Of a stretch of 64,000 bases of DNA, positions 1 through 9,507 are shown piece after piece. This DNA is from Bacteroidota bacterium (lineage in GTDB: Bacteria; Bacteroidota; Ignavibacteria; UBA10030). Position 1 is the stretch's first letter, and every line of letters begins with the position of its first letter. The translations under genes and the position numbers were made by a program. The notes below the pieces were generated by a model. The model was not told the origin of the DNA. It made no database searches and was given only the letters and a program-made list of their open reading frames with translations. The DNA is taken from positions 14 through 64,013 of the forward strand of contig DATDRF010000297.1 in the NCBI GenBank assembly GCA_035291905.1, written 5' to 3'.

Positions 1-226
1 TTTTTTGATCTCTTTGCATGATCCGATTCTCTGAGATTTCAAATCTAACTAAATCATGTCATTCTGTCAATTCTACAGAAGTATTAATTTGTTTTAATTT
101 AGGGCAAAACTTTGAGTCTTTTGCCGTCTCATTGTCAAATCGTCAGGTTTCTCCGGCTTCCGGGGATATTGATACAGGGGGAAACGGGTGCTATATTGAC
201 ATCCCCTTCCAATCGAAAGAACCACA

Positions 227-1204
227 ATGGCACATCTCATTGACACCATCAAAGACAAAGCCAAGAAGCTGAGAAAAAACATCGTCCTGCCGGATGCCAC
301 AGACGAACGTGTCCTCAAGGCGGCGCGCGTCTGCACCGACGAGGAAATCGCTTCGGTGATCCTCTGCGGCAACGAAAACGCAATCCGCACAGAAGCACAA
401 AAGACGGGCTTGGCACTTGAGAAGATCCGAATCGTTGACCCTGCGGCATCGGACCGCGCAAGCGATTTTTCCCACGTCTATTTTCAACTGAGGAAATCAA
501 AGGGAATGACGTTCGAAGAGGCCCAACGGGTCATCAAGCTGCCGTTGTTCTTCGGAGCAATGATGGTTCGCGAGGGATTGGCCGACGGGAGCGTAGCGGG
601 ATCCCTTTCAACAACCGCCGACGTCCTCCGGGCCGGCATTCAGATCGTGGGGGTCCAGCAGGGGATCAGCGTCGTTTCGAGCTTCTTCCTCATGGTCTTC
701 CCGTACACGACCTACACGTTTGCAGATGGCGCCGTGGTCCCTGATCCAACCAAAGAACAACTTGCCGATATTGCAATCGCATCGGCAGCAAACCACAAGA
801 AGTTGACGGGTGAGGAGCCGCGCGTGGCAATGCTCTCGTTTTCGACTCGTGGGAGCGCCGAACACCTGCTTGTGGAGAAAGTCAAAGCGGCAACGGAGTT
901 GGTCAGAAAGAAGCAGCCGGATCTTATTGTCGACGGGGAACTTCAGCTCGACGCGGCCATCGTTCCTTCGGTTGCAGACCGAAAGGCCCCCGGCAGCCCC
1001 GTTGGAGGCCGGGCGAATGTGCTGATCTTCCCAGACCTGAACGCCGGAAACATCGGGTACAAGCTGGCGCAGCGAATGGGAAATGCCGAGGCTCTCGGGC
1101 CGATCGTCCAGGGTTTGCAGAAGCCCGCATTTGATCTTTCGAGGGGCGCGAGCGTGAGCGACATCGTGAATGTCATTGCGATCAATGCGGTCATGGGGGC
1201 ATAG
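227..1204 (+). CDS. pta: Phosphate acetyl/butyryltransferase family protein (short-form Pta-like, 325 aa)
   Basis: The ORF translation matches the phosphate acetyl/butyryltransferase fold (N-term [14 protein letters not shown]..., C-term [20 protein letters not shown]). A sigma70-like element (TTGACA ... TATATTGAC) lies just upstream near 150-200. Confidence 0.8.
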   Translation: MAHLIDTIKDKAKKLRKNIVLPDATDERVLKAARVCTDEEIASVILCGNENAIRTEAQKTGLALEKIRIVDPAASDRASDFSHVYFQLRKSKGMTFEEAQRVIKLPLFFGAMMVREGLADGSVAGSLSTTADVLRAGIQIVGVQQGISVVSSFFLMVFPYTTYTFADGAVVPDPTKEQLADIAIASAANHKKLTGEEPRVAMLSFSTRGSAEHLLVEKVKAATELVRKKQPDLIVDGELQLDAAIVPSVADRKAPGSPVGGRANVLIFPDLNAGNIGYKLAQRMGNAEALGPIVQGLQKPAFDLSRGASVSDIVNVIAINAVMGA

Positions 1205-1208
1205 GTGA

Positions 1209-2357
1209 ATGAAGACCCGGTACCAGTTCCTTGATGTCTATCGGGGTATCGTCGTTCTTCTGATGATTCAGGGTCATGTTGTTCGGGAGCTGCTTCATCA
1301 GTCACTGCAAAGCGACGCATTCTTTCGGGCGCACGAACTCTTTCACGGCATCACGGGGTCGGGGTTTTTGTTCGGCGCTGGCATCACATTTGGAATCTCC
1401 GCGCAGGTCCGGTGGGATGAATACCTGACGTTCACTCCTGCGCTTCGGAAACGGCTCAAGAGGATTCTGCTTCTCCTGGGAATCGCGTACGCACTGCACC
1501 TTCCGTTCCTTTCGCTGTCCAAGACTCTTACAAACGCCACGACAGAAGATTGGCGTGCATTCTGGAGCTTTGATGTCCTTCAGTGCATAGGTTTTGGCCT
1601 GCTGATCCTTCAGGTGGCCGTGTTTATTGTCCGAAAAGAACGATGGTTTGCCGTCTCGCTGGCTCTGCTCATGCTTGTCGGCGTATACAGCGCACCGTGG
1701 CTCTGGGGAGAAGGGGACGCTCTTCCGCCGTTTCTGGCATATGCTCTCACGGGAAACGGCGGTTCAGTCTACCCGCTCATTCCCAATGCCGCGTTTCTGT
1801 TCGCGGGAGCCCTCGTTTCTTATGAGTTCCTTCGTTCTGTGAGATTGGGCATGGAAGTGCAATTTGTCAAACGCCTCGCGCTCGCAGGCATTGGACTTCA
1901 TGGGGCGGGATTGATTCTGGAGGCACTTCCATTTCAGGTCTATGGGAACCATGACTATTGGTCTACGAGTCCGAATTTCTTTTTGATCAAGCTGGGCGGA
2001 ATTTTTCTTTTGATGTGCGGGGCATGGTATTTTGGCCGCACGAATTTTGTTCAACGTCATCCCCGCATTCTCCGGTGGCTGATCATTCTTGGAGTTGAAT
2101 CACTCTTTGTGTATGTTGTACACCTGATTCTGCTCTACGGATCGGTACTCAATCCCGACGTCAGCGTCTCCCGCATGTGGTTTCAAAGCGTAAACTGGGG
2201 CGGGGCGCTTGCGGCAGTTGCGGGGTTCAGCATGTTGCTGATCTTCGTGGCGTGGTTATGGAACGCGTTCAAGCATTCTGATCCGATTCTGGCAAGGGGG
2301 CTGAACTGGTGGATGGGAACGGCCCTGGTTGTTGAGTTTATCACGCGATCGTACTGA
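1209..2357 (+). CDS. Multi-pass membrane protein, DUF1624 / heparan-alpha-glucosaminide N-acetyltransferase-like acyltransferase
   Basis: N-terminal FLDVYRGIVVLLMIQGHV signature; about 10 predicted TM helices. Paralogous to the ORF at 21225..22382. Confidence 0.5.
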   Translation: MKTRYQFLDVYRGIVVLLMIQGHVVRELLHQSLQSDAFFRAHELFHGITGSGFLFGAGITFGISAQVRWDEYLTFTPALRKRLKRILLLLGIAYALHLPFLSLSKTLTNATTEDWRAFWSFDVLQCIGFGLLILQVAVFIVRKERWFAVSLALLMLVGVYSAPWLWGEGDALPPFLAYALTGNGGSVYPLIPNAAFLFAGALVSYEFLRSVRLGMEVQFVKRLALAGIGLHGAGLILEALPFQVYGNHDYWSTSPNFFLIKLGGIFLLMCGAWYFGRTNFVQRHPRILRWLIILGVESLFVYVVHLILLYGSVLNPDVSVSRMWFQSVNWGGALAAVAGFSMLLIFVAWLWNAFKHSDPILARGLNWWMGTALVVEFITRSY

Positions 2358-2407
2358 TAAGAAGCCAAAATCTGCAATCTCAGATCGGCAAATCGGAAAT
2401 CCAACCA

Positions 2408-2902
2408 ATGACCATCAAGCTCTTTGTTACAGGCGGGACATTTGATAAGGAATACAATGAGATTGAAGGGAAACTCTACTTCAAAGAGACCCATGTAACC
2501 GAAATGCTTTCGCTGGGACGGTGTAAGGTTGAAATCGACGTTCAGACTCTCATGTTGAAGGACAGCCTTGATCTTACCGAGAAAGAGAGGCAGAGCATCG
2601 TTGACGAGTGCCGCAAGACCCGAGCCGACAAGATCGTTATCACCCACGGCACGGACACGATGGAACTTACCGCACAAGCCTTGGGGAGGGCCGCTCTGAA
2701 AAAGACCATTGTTCTGACCGGGGCCATGATCCCTTACAAGTTCGGGAGTTCCGACGGGCTCTTTAACCTGGGCAGTGCCCTGGCTTTTGCCGAAACGCTT
2801 CCCGCGGATGTCTTCATTGCCATGAACGGCCGTTTTTTTCACTGGAACAATGTCCACAAGAATAAGAAGACGGGCGAATTCGAGGAGAGGAGAGCGTCGT
2901 AG
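2408..2902 (+). CDS. Single-domain L-asparaginase-like protein (N-terminal asparaginase domain only, 164 aa)
   Basis: Asparaginase catalytic motifs are present: TGGTFDKEY (Thr/Tyr) and ITHGTDTME (Thr-Asp). The protein ends after about 160 aa, so the C-domain is missing. It lies 46 bp upstream of the Lon-like protease on the same strand. Confidence 0.5.
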   Translation: MTIKLFVTGGTFDKEYNEIEGKLYFKETHVTEMLSLGRCKVEIDVQTLMLKDSLDLTEKERQSIVDECRKTRADKIVITHGTDTMELTAQALGRAALKKTIVLTGAMIPYKFGSSDGLFNLGSALAFAETLPADVFIAMNGRFFHWNNVHKNKKTGEFEERRAS

Positions 2903-2948
2903 ATTGCTGTAATTATTTGCCTCTCTTGAACGTTTCCTGGATAATCAC

Positions 2949-5438
2949 ATGAAAAAGAAAAGAACAAGAACGACAGCACAATCCAGTCGGCCCGGTCTGA
3001 AAGCCGCAGAAGCCCACCGACCACTCGAACCCGAGCAATTGAGGTGGCAATGTGTTCCCGAGTCGCTCAACGTCAAGACAACTGACGATGTTCCGGCGGC
3101 CCGCGACATCATCGGCCAGGAGCGTGCTCTCCGGGCTCTGCGAGTGGGCCTGGAGATGACGCATTACGGTTACAACATCTTCGTGACGGGACTTCCGGGA
3201 ACCGGGAGGACAACCACGATCAAGAGGCTTCTGAAGGAATTCTCCGGACACAAAGCCGAGCTGAAGGATCATTGTTATGTGTACAACTTCAGAAACCCGG
3301 ACATGCCGGTCACGTTGCAGCTTCCAGCAGGACAAGGAATGTCACTTCGCCAGGACATGAATTCGTTCATCAATGATCTTTTCGTGAACATCCCGGCGTT
3401 ATATGAGAGTCAGAGATACCAGGAGGCCCGCAAGGCAACCCTGCAGCACTTTCAGGAGAGGCAAAAGAGCGTCCTTCAGGATTTTGAGAAGCGCGTCAAA
3501 GAGAAGGGTTTCGACCTGGTTCAGGTACAGGTGGGGAACATGATGCGGCCCGACGTCGTGCCGGTTCTGAACGGTCAGCCGGCAAACCTCGATCAAATGG
3601 AGGCGCTGGTCCAAAAAGGAGAACTGTCAAAGGAGCAGCTCCAGGCGATGCGCGAAACGCAGGCCGACCTTGAGAAACAAATGTCGATTGTCTTTCGCGA
3701 ACTGCGGAACATTGAGAAAAAGGTCCAGCAATCCATCGTCGAGCTCGAGGAACGATTGGTCATGCCCATCGTGGATGAGGGGATTGATGTTCTGAAGGCA
3801 ACGTATGAGAGTGAAAAAGTCCAGGTTTATATATCGGATGTGCGTGAAGACATAAGGAAGAACCTTGACCGTTTCCGCAAACAAGTTATTGTCATGCCCC
3901 AGCAGGAAGAAGAGGAGGAAGAAGAAGAGGAAGACGAATTCGTGGAGTATCAGGTGAATGTGCTTGTTGACAATTCCGAAATGGAGACGATCCCGATTAT
4001 CATCGAGACGAATCCAAAGTACAAGAACATCTTCGGCACCCTCGAACGCGAGCTGGAGAAGTCAGGCGTATGGCGCACCGATTTCATGCATATCAAGGCC
4101 GGCTCGCTTCTTCGGGCTGACGGCGGGTATCTTGTGTTGAATGCTCTTGACACGCTGGTGGAGCCGTGGGCGTGGCAGGACTTGAAACGAACGCTTCGGA
4201 CGGGAAAGATGGAGATCCATACGTACGAACCGACGTTCAATTTCTCCCCGACGGGCATGAAGCCCGAGGCGATTGATCTGAATGTGAAAGTGATCATGAT
4301 CGGCGATCCCGACATCTACAGTCTCCTGTACGACAGGGACGAGGATTTCAAAAAAATCTTCAAGATTCGAGCCGACTTTGACTCCGAGATGCCGAAAAAC
4401 GATGACAGCATCACGCAATACGTTCGATTCATCAAAATGGTCTGCGACGACGAGAAACTGATTTCTTTCGATGCCACAGCGCTCGCGCAGATTATCGAGT
4501 TTGGTGTTCGTCTCTCGGGGCAACAAAAGAAGATCTCGACGCGCTTCAATATCATTGCAGATGTCGCCAGAGAGGCTCATTACTGGGCACTGAAGGCCAA
4601 GAAGAAAGTCGTAACCGACGAATTCGTGGAGAAGGCAATTGAAGAGCGCCTCTACCGCGTGAAGCTGATCGAAGACAAAGTGCAGGAACTGATATCTGAC
4701 GGTACGTACCTGATCGATACAGACGGATCGGCGGTCGGACAGGTCAACGGACTTTCGGTCTATGACACGGGAGAACATGCATTCGGCAGGCCGTCTCGCA
4801 TAACTGCCAGAACATCGTTGGGACGGTCGGGGGTGATCAATATTGAGCGGGAAGCCGAATTGAGCGGGCCGACACACAATAAAGGCGTGGCAATCCTGAC
4901 GGGGTACCTCCGCAGCAAATTTGCCCAGCGAATTCCGCTGGTTATGGATGCCAGCATTACGTTTGAGCAGTCGTACGGCGGCATTGACGGTGACAGCGCA
5001 TCCTCAACGGAGGTTTACGCAATTCTTTCGAGCCTTGCGGAAATCCCCCTGCGGCAGGACCTGGCAGTAACGGGCTCCGTCAACCAAAAGGGAGAAATAC
5101 AACCTATCGGAGGAGTAAACCTGAAGATCGAGGGCTTCTATGACTGCTGCAAAGCACGCGGTCTTACGGGGAGGCAGGGTGTTTTGGTGCCGACAAAGAA
5201 CGTCGGGGAGTTGATGTTGAGGGAGGAAATTGTTGAGGCGGTTAAGAAAAAACAATTCCACATTTACGCGATTGAAACGATCGGGCAGGGGATCGAAGTT
5301 CTCACGGGAATCAAGGCGGGGAGTCAGGCAGCACATGGATCGTTCGAAAGGGGGACTGTTTTTGACCGGGCCTCGCGCCGGTTACAGGAATTCGCCCGGC
5401 TCTGGCATTCGTATGAAAAAGCGGGAAAAGTCGGTTAG
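2949..5438 (+). CDS. Lon-like protease of the COG1067 / LonB-LonC type (AAA-like domain plus S16 Ser-Lys protease domain)
   Basis: Walker-A-like GLPGTGRTT, with Arg where the P-loop Lys is expected. Glu-run insertion QQEEEEEEEEEDEF. C-terminal S16 catalytic motifs IDGDSAS (Ser) and GGVNLKIEG (Lys). Confidence 0.8.
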   Translation: MKKKRTRTTAQSSRPGLKAAEAHRPLEPEQLRWQCVPESLNVKTTDDVPAARDIIGQERALRALRVGLEMTHYGYNIFVTGLPGTGRTTTIKRLLKEFSGHKAELKDHCYVYNFRNPDMPVTLQLPAGQGMSLRQDMNSFINDLFVNIPALYESQRYQEARKATLQHFQERQKSVLQDFEKRVKEKGFDLVQVQVGNMMRPDVVPVLNGQPANLDQMEALVQKGELSKEQLQAMRETQADLEKQMSIVFRELRNIEKKVQQSIVELEERLVMPIVDEGIDVLKATYESEKVQVYISDVREDIRKNLDRFRKQVIVMPQQEEEEEEEEEDEFVEYQVNVLVDNSEMETIPIIIETNPKYKNIFGTLERELEKSGVWRTDFMHIKAGSLLRADGGYLVLNALDTLVEPWAWQDLKRTLRTGKMEIHTYEPTFNFSPTGMKPEAIDLNVKVIMIGDPDIYSLLYDRDEDFKKIFKIRADFDSEMPKNDDSITQYVRFIKMVCDDEKLISFDATALAQIIEFGVRLSGQQKKISTRFNIIADVAREAHYWALKAKKKVVTDEFVEKAIEERLYRVKLIEDKVQELISDGTYLIDTDGSAVGQVNGLSVYDTGEHAFGRPSRITARTSLGRSGVINIEREAELSGPTHNKGVAILTGYLRSKFAQRIPLVMDASITFEQSYGGIDGDSASSTEVYAILSSLAEIPLRQDLAVTGSVNQKGEIQPIGGVNLKIEGFYDCCKARGLTGRQGVLVPTKNVGELMLREEIVEAVKKKQFHIYAIETIGQGIEVLTGIKAGSQAAHGSFERGTVFDRASRRLQEFARLWHSYEKAGKVG

Positions 5439-5452
5439 CGGTCCGGACGGAA

Positions 5453-7144
5453 CTAGGGGAGCACTTCATCGCGACGTTTCAGGGCCCTAATTGTCGAACT
5501 GCGAATCTTCCGGAAGTTCTTATCCTCCCTTAGCAGGACGAGAGCCGCTATCTGCTCACCCGAGAGGATATGCGGAAGAATAACATGATCTGCCCCCTCC
5601 TCGTAGAGCTTCAGCGCCTCTTTGACTGACGTTGCGTAGACGATAACCTTCCCCTTCACGTTTCTCGCTTTCAAATACTTCAGCAAAGCCTCGTTGCTCG
5701 TTCCGCGCAAAAAATCGTCCGGCAACGTGCAAACAATCACGCTTGCGTCCTGAATTCCAATTTCTTCAAGTGCATCGAAATGGCTTATGTCGATGTATGA
5801 AGCCTTTATGTCCCGCCCTTTCAGCTTGTCAAGAACCAAAGGGTTGAAGTCCAGAACGTGAAGGAGCTCCCTTTCGGGCTCAAGTGCATCCACGATGGCG
5901 CTTCCGACTCGATGGCATCCCAGAATGAGAATCCGACCCTTTCCGTCCGTTTGGACGCTCTCCTCCTGAAAGTGGGAACTTCTGATGCCAAGCCGCTCGA
6001 ACATAGTCACCGCGAATCGGGCAAGACCATGGCTGTTCATCATCAGATACGTCGAGACGGTGGAGGTGACGACGAGCGTGATTGCGATAAGGGAAACGAT
6101 GTCACTGGAAATATGCTCGTAGCCAAGGCCGAGCGATGCAATGACAAGAGAGAACTCGCTGGATTGCGCAAGGGAGACAGACGAGAGTACTCCCACCCGC
6201 GTTCCGAGTTTCATGACATAACTGATGGGAACGATGGTTATGAATCGGCTCACGATGATGAAGCCGGAGAGAAGTAATCCGGTGACAACAATCGACATGG
6301 AAGTGACGGTAATCTGCATGCCGAGCGAAACGAAAAACAGCGTGACGAAGAAATCGCGGAGTGATCGGATCTTTGCAATAACATCGTGACTGTAGGGAAA
6401 CGTGGAGATACTGACGCCTGCGATCAAGGCACCCATCGCGATGGAGAAGTTCGCCTGCAGGGCCAAGCCGCACATGACTGAGCACCATGCCATCGAGAGG
6501 ATCAAAACCATTTCGGGGTTTCTTGCCACCCGCTTAAAGGCGGCCGGCAGTACATAACGGCTGACCAGAAAGCTGACGAGAACCAAAGCGATACCCTGTA
6601 CTATTGAGAACACGACAGGGATAATCGACGGGTTGTTGATGTTTCCCTGGCCGGCAAGAACAAAAATAGCCAAGACGTCCTGAATAAGAAGGATACCGAG
6701 GGTAGCACGTCCCGGGAGCGTGTCCAATTCGCCGCGGTCGCTCAGCAGCTTTACGACGATCATCGTGCTGCTGAACGAGAGAGCAACGCCAAGATATATT
6801 GCATCAAGGTCATGAAATCCAAGTGATACCGCGACGGCATATCCGAGAACAGAACACGCGACAACCTGGATGACTCCAATGACCGTTGAGGCGATTCCCG
6901 AGCGCGCGAATTTCTTCACGTCAATTTCAAGGCCCACGATGAACAGCAAGAACGCGAGTCCCAATTCCGAAAGCGTCGAAACATCATCTTGATTCTGGAC
7001 GAGCTGGAAGCCGTTCGGGCCGATCAACAAGCCGGCGGCGATGTATCCGAGGATGGGAGGTTGACGAAGGTACTGTGCGGCGTAGGCAAGAATCGATGCC
7101 GCAATAATGGCAGTGCCGATCGTCAGGAGAATGGTCGAATGCAT
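5453..7144 (-). CDS. Cation:proton antiporter (Kef/CPA2-like) with C-terminal TrkA-N (KTN) domain
   Basis: The first ~70 aa from the upstream start at 7357 show no TM or antiporter features. The antiporter core with its TM helices begins at Met72 (MHSTILLTIG...), so the true start is probably about 7144. A Rossmann-type KTN domain (GCHRVGSAIVDAL) lies near the C-terminus. Confidence 0.75.
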   Translation of the reverse strand: MHSTILLTIGTAIIAASILAYAAQYLRQPPILGYIAAGLLIGPNGFQLVQNQDDVSTLSELGLAFLLFIVGLEIDVKKFARSGIASTVIGVIQVVACSVLGYAVAVSLGFHDLDAIYLGVALSFSSTMIVVKLLSDRGELDTLPGRATLGILLIQDVLAIFVLAGQGNINNPSIIPVVFSIVQGIALVLVSFLVSRYVLPAAFKRVARNPEMVLILSMAWCSVMCGLALQANFSIAMGALIAGVSISTFPYSHDVIAKIRSLRDFFVTLFFVSLGMQITVTSMSIVVTGLLLSGFIIVSRFITIVPISYVMKLGTRVGVLSSVSLAQSSEFSLVIASLGLGYEHISSDIVSLIAITLVVTSTVSTYLMMNSHGLARFAVTMFERLGIRSSHFQEESVQTDGKGRILILGCHRVGSAIVDALEPERELLHVLDFNPLVLDKLKGRDIKASYIDISHFDALEEIGIQDASVIVCTLPDDFLRGTSNEALLKYLKARNVKGKVIVYATSVKEALKLYEEGADHVILPHILSGEQIAALVLLREDKNFRKIRSSTIRALKRRDEVLP

Positions 7145-7253
7145 GAGGGATCTATTCGGAATTTCCGTTATCCTACAAAATGTTTGCTCGAGGGTCAACG
7201 CTGATGAGTAATCCCAGCGACATTGATTTTTCTCATACTTCTCGTATATTGAT

Positions 7254-8270
7254 GTGCACGCGTTTGGCCCCATGACATCTACTCCCCGAAAACTGCTCCA
7301 GATCGTAGCTCTTACCGTCTTCATTCTCTCCACCGGGATCATCGGATACCATCTCATTGAGGGGTGGCCATTGTTTGACGCACTTTATATGACTGTCATC
7401 ACATTGGCGACTGTGGGCTACGGTGAGATCCATGCTCTTTCGTATGCAGGACGAGTCTTTACAATATTTCTGATCTTCGGAGGAATGGGGATCCTCCTTT
7501 ATGGAGTGACAGAAATGACCGCGTTTGTCGTCGAGGGTGAGATGACGGGGTACTTAAGGAGAAGAAACATGAAACAACGAATCGGAAAACTTTCTAACCA
7601 CTATATACTGTGCGGGTGGGGCCTGAAAGGCGAACATGTGCTTGACGAACTAGAGAGGACGAAACGACAATGCGTCGTTGTCGAAATGAATCCAGAGAAA
7701 GTGATGCGACTGAATGAACGGGATGCCATGGTGGTCGAAGGCGACGCCACGCAAGATGATGTGCTGATGACCGCCGGCATCAAGAAGGCCGCAGGTCTCG
7801 TTGCCACCCTGCCATCCGATAAGGACAATCTGTTCGTTGTTATTACTGCCCGAGGGCTCAATCCGCGTCTGCGGATTGTATCCAAGCTGGACGAAATCGG
7901 AGCTCAGGAAAAGTTTCTCCGCAGCGGTGCCGACAGCACCGTATCGACAAATTTCATCGGCGGCCTTCGCATGGCCTCTGAGCTCGTGAGGCCCGATGCC
8001 GTGAATTTTCTGGACACGATGCTGAGGGACAACAGCTCCCTTCGGGTTGAAGACGTGCAGGTTGTGGGGAAATCAAAGTACCTCGGAAAGAGCATCAAAC
8101 AGTGCGATCCCCTCGTCGACTCGGGCGTTCTCCTTTTTTCGATAAGACGCAAGAGCGGCTATGTGTTTAATCCTCCCAATACGACCACGTTGGTTGAAGG
8201 CGACATACTCATTGTCATAGGATTGGCTGACAAGATTGCGGCACTTCGAACGAGCTTCGCGTTGAATTAG
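7254..8270 (+). CDS. Potassium channel protein with TrkA-N/TrkA-C (RCK) domains
   Basis: K+ selectivity filter TLATVGYGEI. Two TM helices plus a pore helix, followed by a Rossmann KTN (ILCGWGLKGEHV) and a TrkA-C domain. Confidence 0.8.
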   Translation: MHAFGPMTSTPRKLLQIVALTVFILSTGIIGYHLIEGWPLFDALYMTVITLATVGYGEIHALSYAGRVFTIFLIFGGMGILLYGVTEMTAFVVEGEMTGYLRRRNMKQRIGKLSNHYILCGWGLKGEHVLDELERTKRQCVVVEMNPEKVMRLNERDAMVVEGDATQDDVLMTAGIKKAAGLVATLPSDKDNLFVVITARGLNPRLRIVSKLDEIGAQEKFLRSGADSTVSTNFIGGLRMASELVRPDAVNFLDTMLRDNSSLRVEDVQVVGKSKYLGKSIKQCDPLVDSGVLLFSIRRKSGYVFNPPNTTTLVEGDILIVIGLADKIAALRTSFALN

Positions 8271-8272
8271 AA

Positions 8273-9007
8273 ATGACAATTCGCCACCTTGTGGTTTTCA
8301 AAGATTGCTTTCGTCACCTCTCCAGGGTGCCCGATCGCAGCGTTGACCTCCTCCTCACGGATCCTCCGTACGGACAGGACTATTCGACGGGGAGGCAGAA
8401 ACATACGGTTCGCAAAACCACCCGTATCATCAACGACACCGCCGCGCTGGATATTCCCGCGCTCATGCGCGAATTCGACCGGGTAACGAAAGACGAAAGT
8501 CACGTATATATCTTTACCAGCTGGAAGACCGTCGATCGATGGAAAAAGGAATTTGAGCGGTACTTCGTCCTTAAGAATATCCTCATCTGGTCAAAGGATA
8601 ATCACACGGCCGGAGACCTGTCATGGAGTTATGCACAGTCATATGAAATGATCCTGTTTGGGATGAAGGGAAGAAGAAGGCTGCACGGGGGAAGGGATCG
8701 GGACAGTGTCTACTACCCGAAAGTGAAATCACACCAGCAGATGCATCTGCTTCAAAAACCGGAACAGCTGATCGAATATCTTATCAGGAAGTCATCGAAT
8801 CCCGGGGATACAGTCCTGGATCCGTTTGGGGGATCGGGAACAGTGGGGATGTGCTGTGCGCGGTTGAAACGGAACAGTATTCAGTTCGAAATAGACGGAA
8901 GATTCAAGGCTTCCCTCCTTCAACGACTAAAGTCGGGAATTCCGGAGGGTTCAACGCAGGAAATACTTATCGAGGAGACAAAAAGAAAAGGGGCGACGCG
9001 TCTATGA
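8273..9007 (+). CDS. Solitary beta-class DNA methyltransferase (N6-adenine or N4-cytosine)
   Basis: Motif IV DPPYG lies near the N-terminus (LLLTDPPYGQDY). Motif I FGGSGT lies near the C-terminus (LDPFGGSGTVGM). This motif order is characteristic of beta-class amino-MTases. No restriction endonuclease candidate is adjacent. Confidence 0.8.
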   Translation: MTIRHLVVFKDCFRHLSRVPDRSVDLLLTDPPYGQDYSTGRQKHTVRKTTRIINDTAALDIPALMREFDRVTKDESHVYIFTSWKTVDRWKKEFERYFVLKNILIWSKDNHTAGDLSWSYAQSYEMILFGMKGRRRLHGGRDRDSVYYPKVKSHQQMHLLQKPEQLIEYLIRKSSNPGDTVLDPFGGSGTVGMCCARLKRNSIQFEIDGRFKASLLQRLKSGIPEGSTQEILIEETKRKGATRL

Positions 9008-9042
9008 CGGTCGCCCCCTCGGCGTAACCCCACAGCAGCGAC

Positions 9043-9417
9043 TCACATCTTTGCCATTGCTACGCTTCGGACCATGATTCCGTTCACGCCGCCCTTCGCC
9101 CGAACATAGCCTTTCGCTTCAACATTGTGACCGACGTGGTCAACGAGAAGATGATTGGGATTGTTCTTATGGTCGTCCGGGAGGAGTGAAACATACACTT
9201 TCCCGTCTGCCGTCAGAATCCCCAACGCTCCCCCCGCCTTGGCGCATGCCTTTGCACAAGCAACATGATCCTCTCCGCGGGCTCCGCTCGAGAGATAGCA
9301 CGCCACATCAATGACTTCCCCCGTAATAGTAGCCTCCTTCGACACAGGCTTTTCCTGACCGAATGTAACCGCCGCAAGCATGATTGAGACGGCCGCAAGG
9401 ATAAGGATATTCCTCAT
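9043..9417 (-). CDS. Small secreted hypothetical protein (signal peptide, 124 aa)
   Basis: N-terminal signal peptide MRNILILAAVSIMLAAVTFGQ. I recognise no family. Confidence 0.4.
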   Translation of the reverse strand: MRNILILAAVSIMLAAVTFGQEKPVSKEATITGEVIDVACYLSSGARGEDHVACAKACAKAGGALGILTADGKVYVSLLPDDHKNNPNHLLVDHVGHNVEAKGYVRAKGGVNGIMVRSVAMAKM

Positions 9418-9507
9418 AAGACCTCCAAGATATTGATCGTTGAAAAAAGAGCCGGCGTATGGAACGACTTTTTAACACGCATGACGCATAGTCAGTTCCC
9501 AAGGGGT

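Noticed and set aside
2949-5438. Possible BREX BrxL (Lon-like protease) defence component
   Set aside because: No PglZ, PglX, BrxA/B/C or other BREX genes are nearby. The architecture instead matches stand-alone COG1067 Lon-like proteases.
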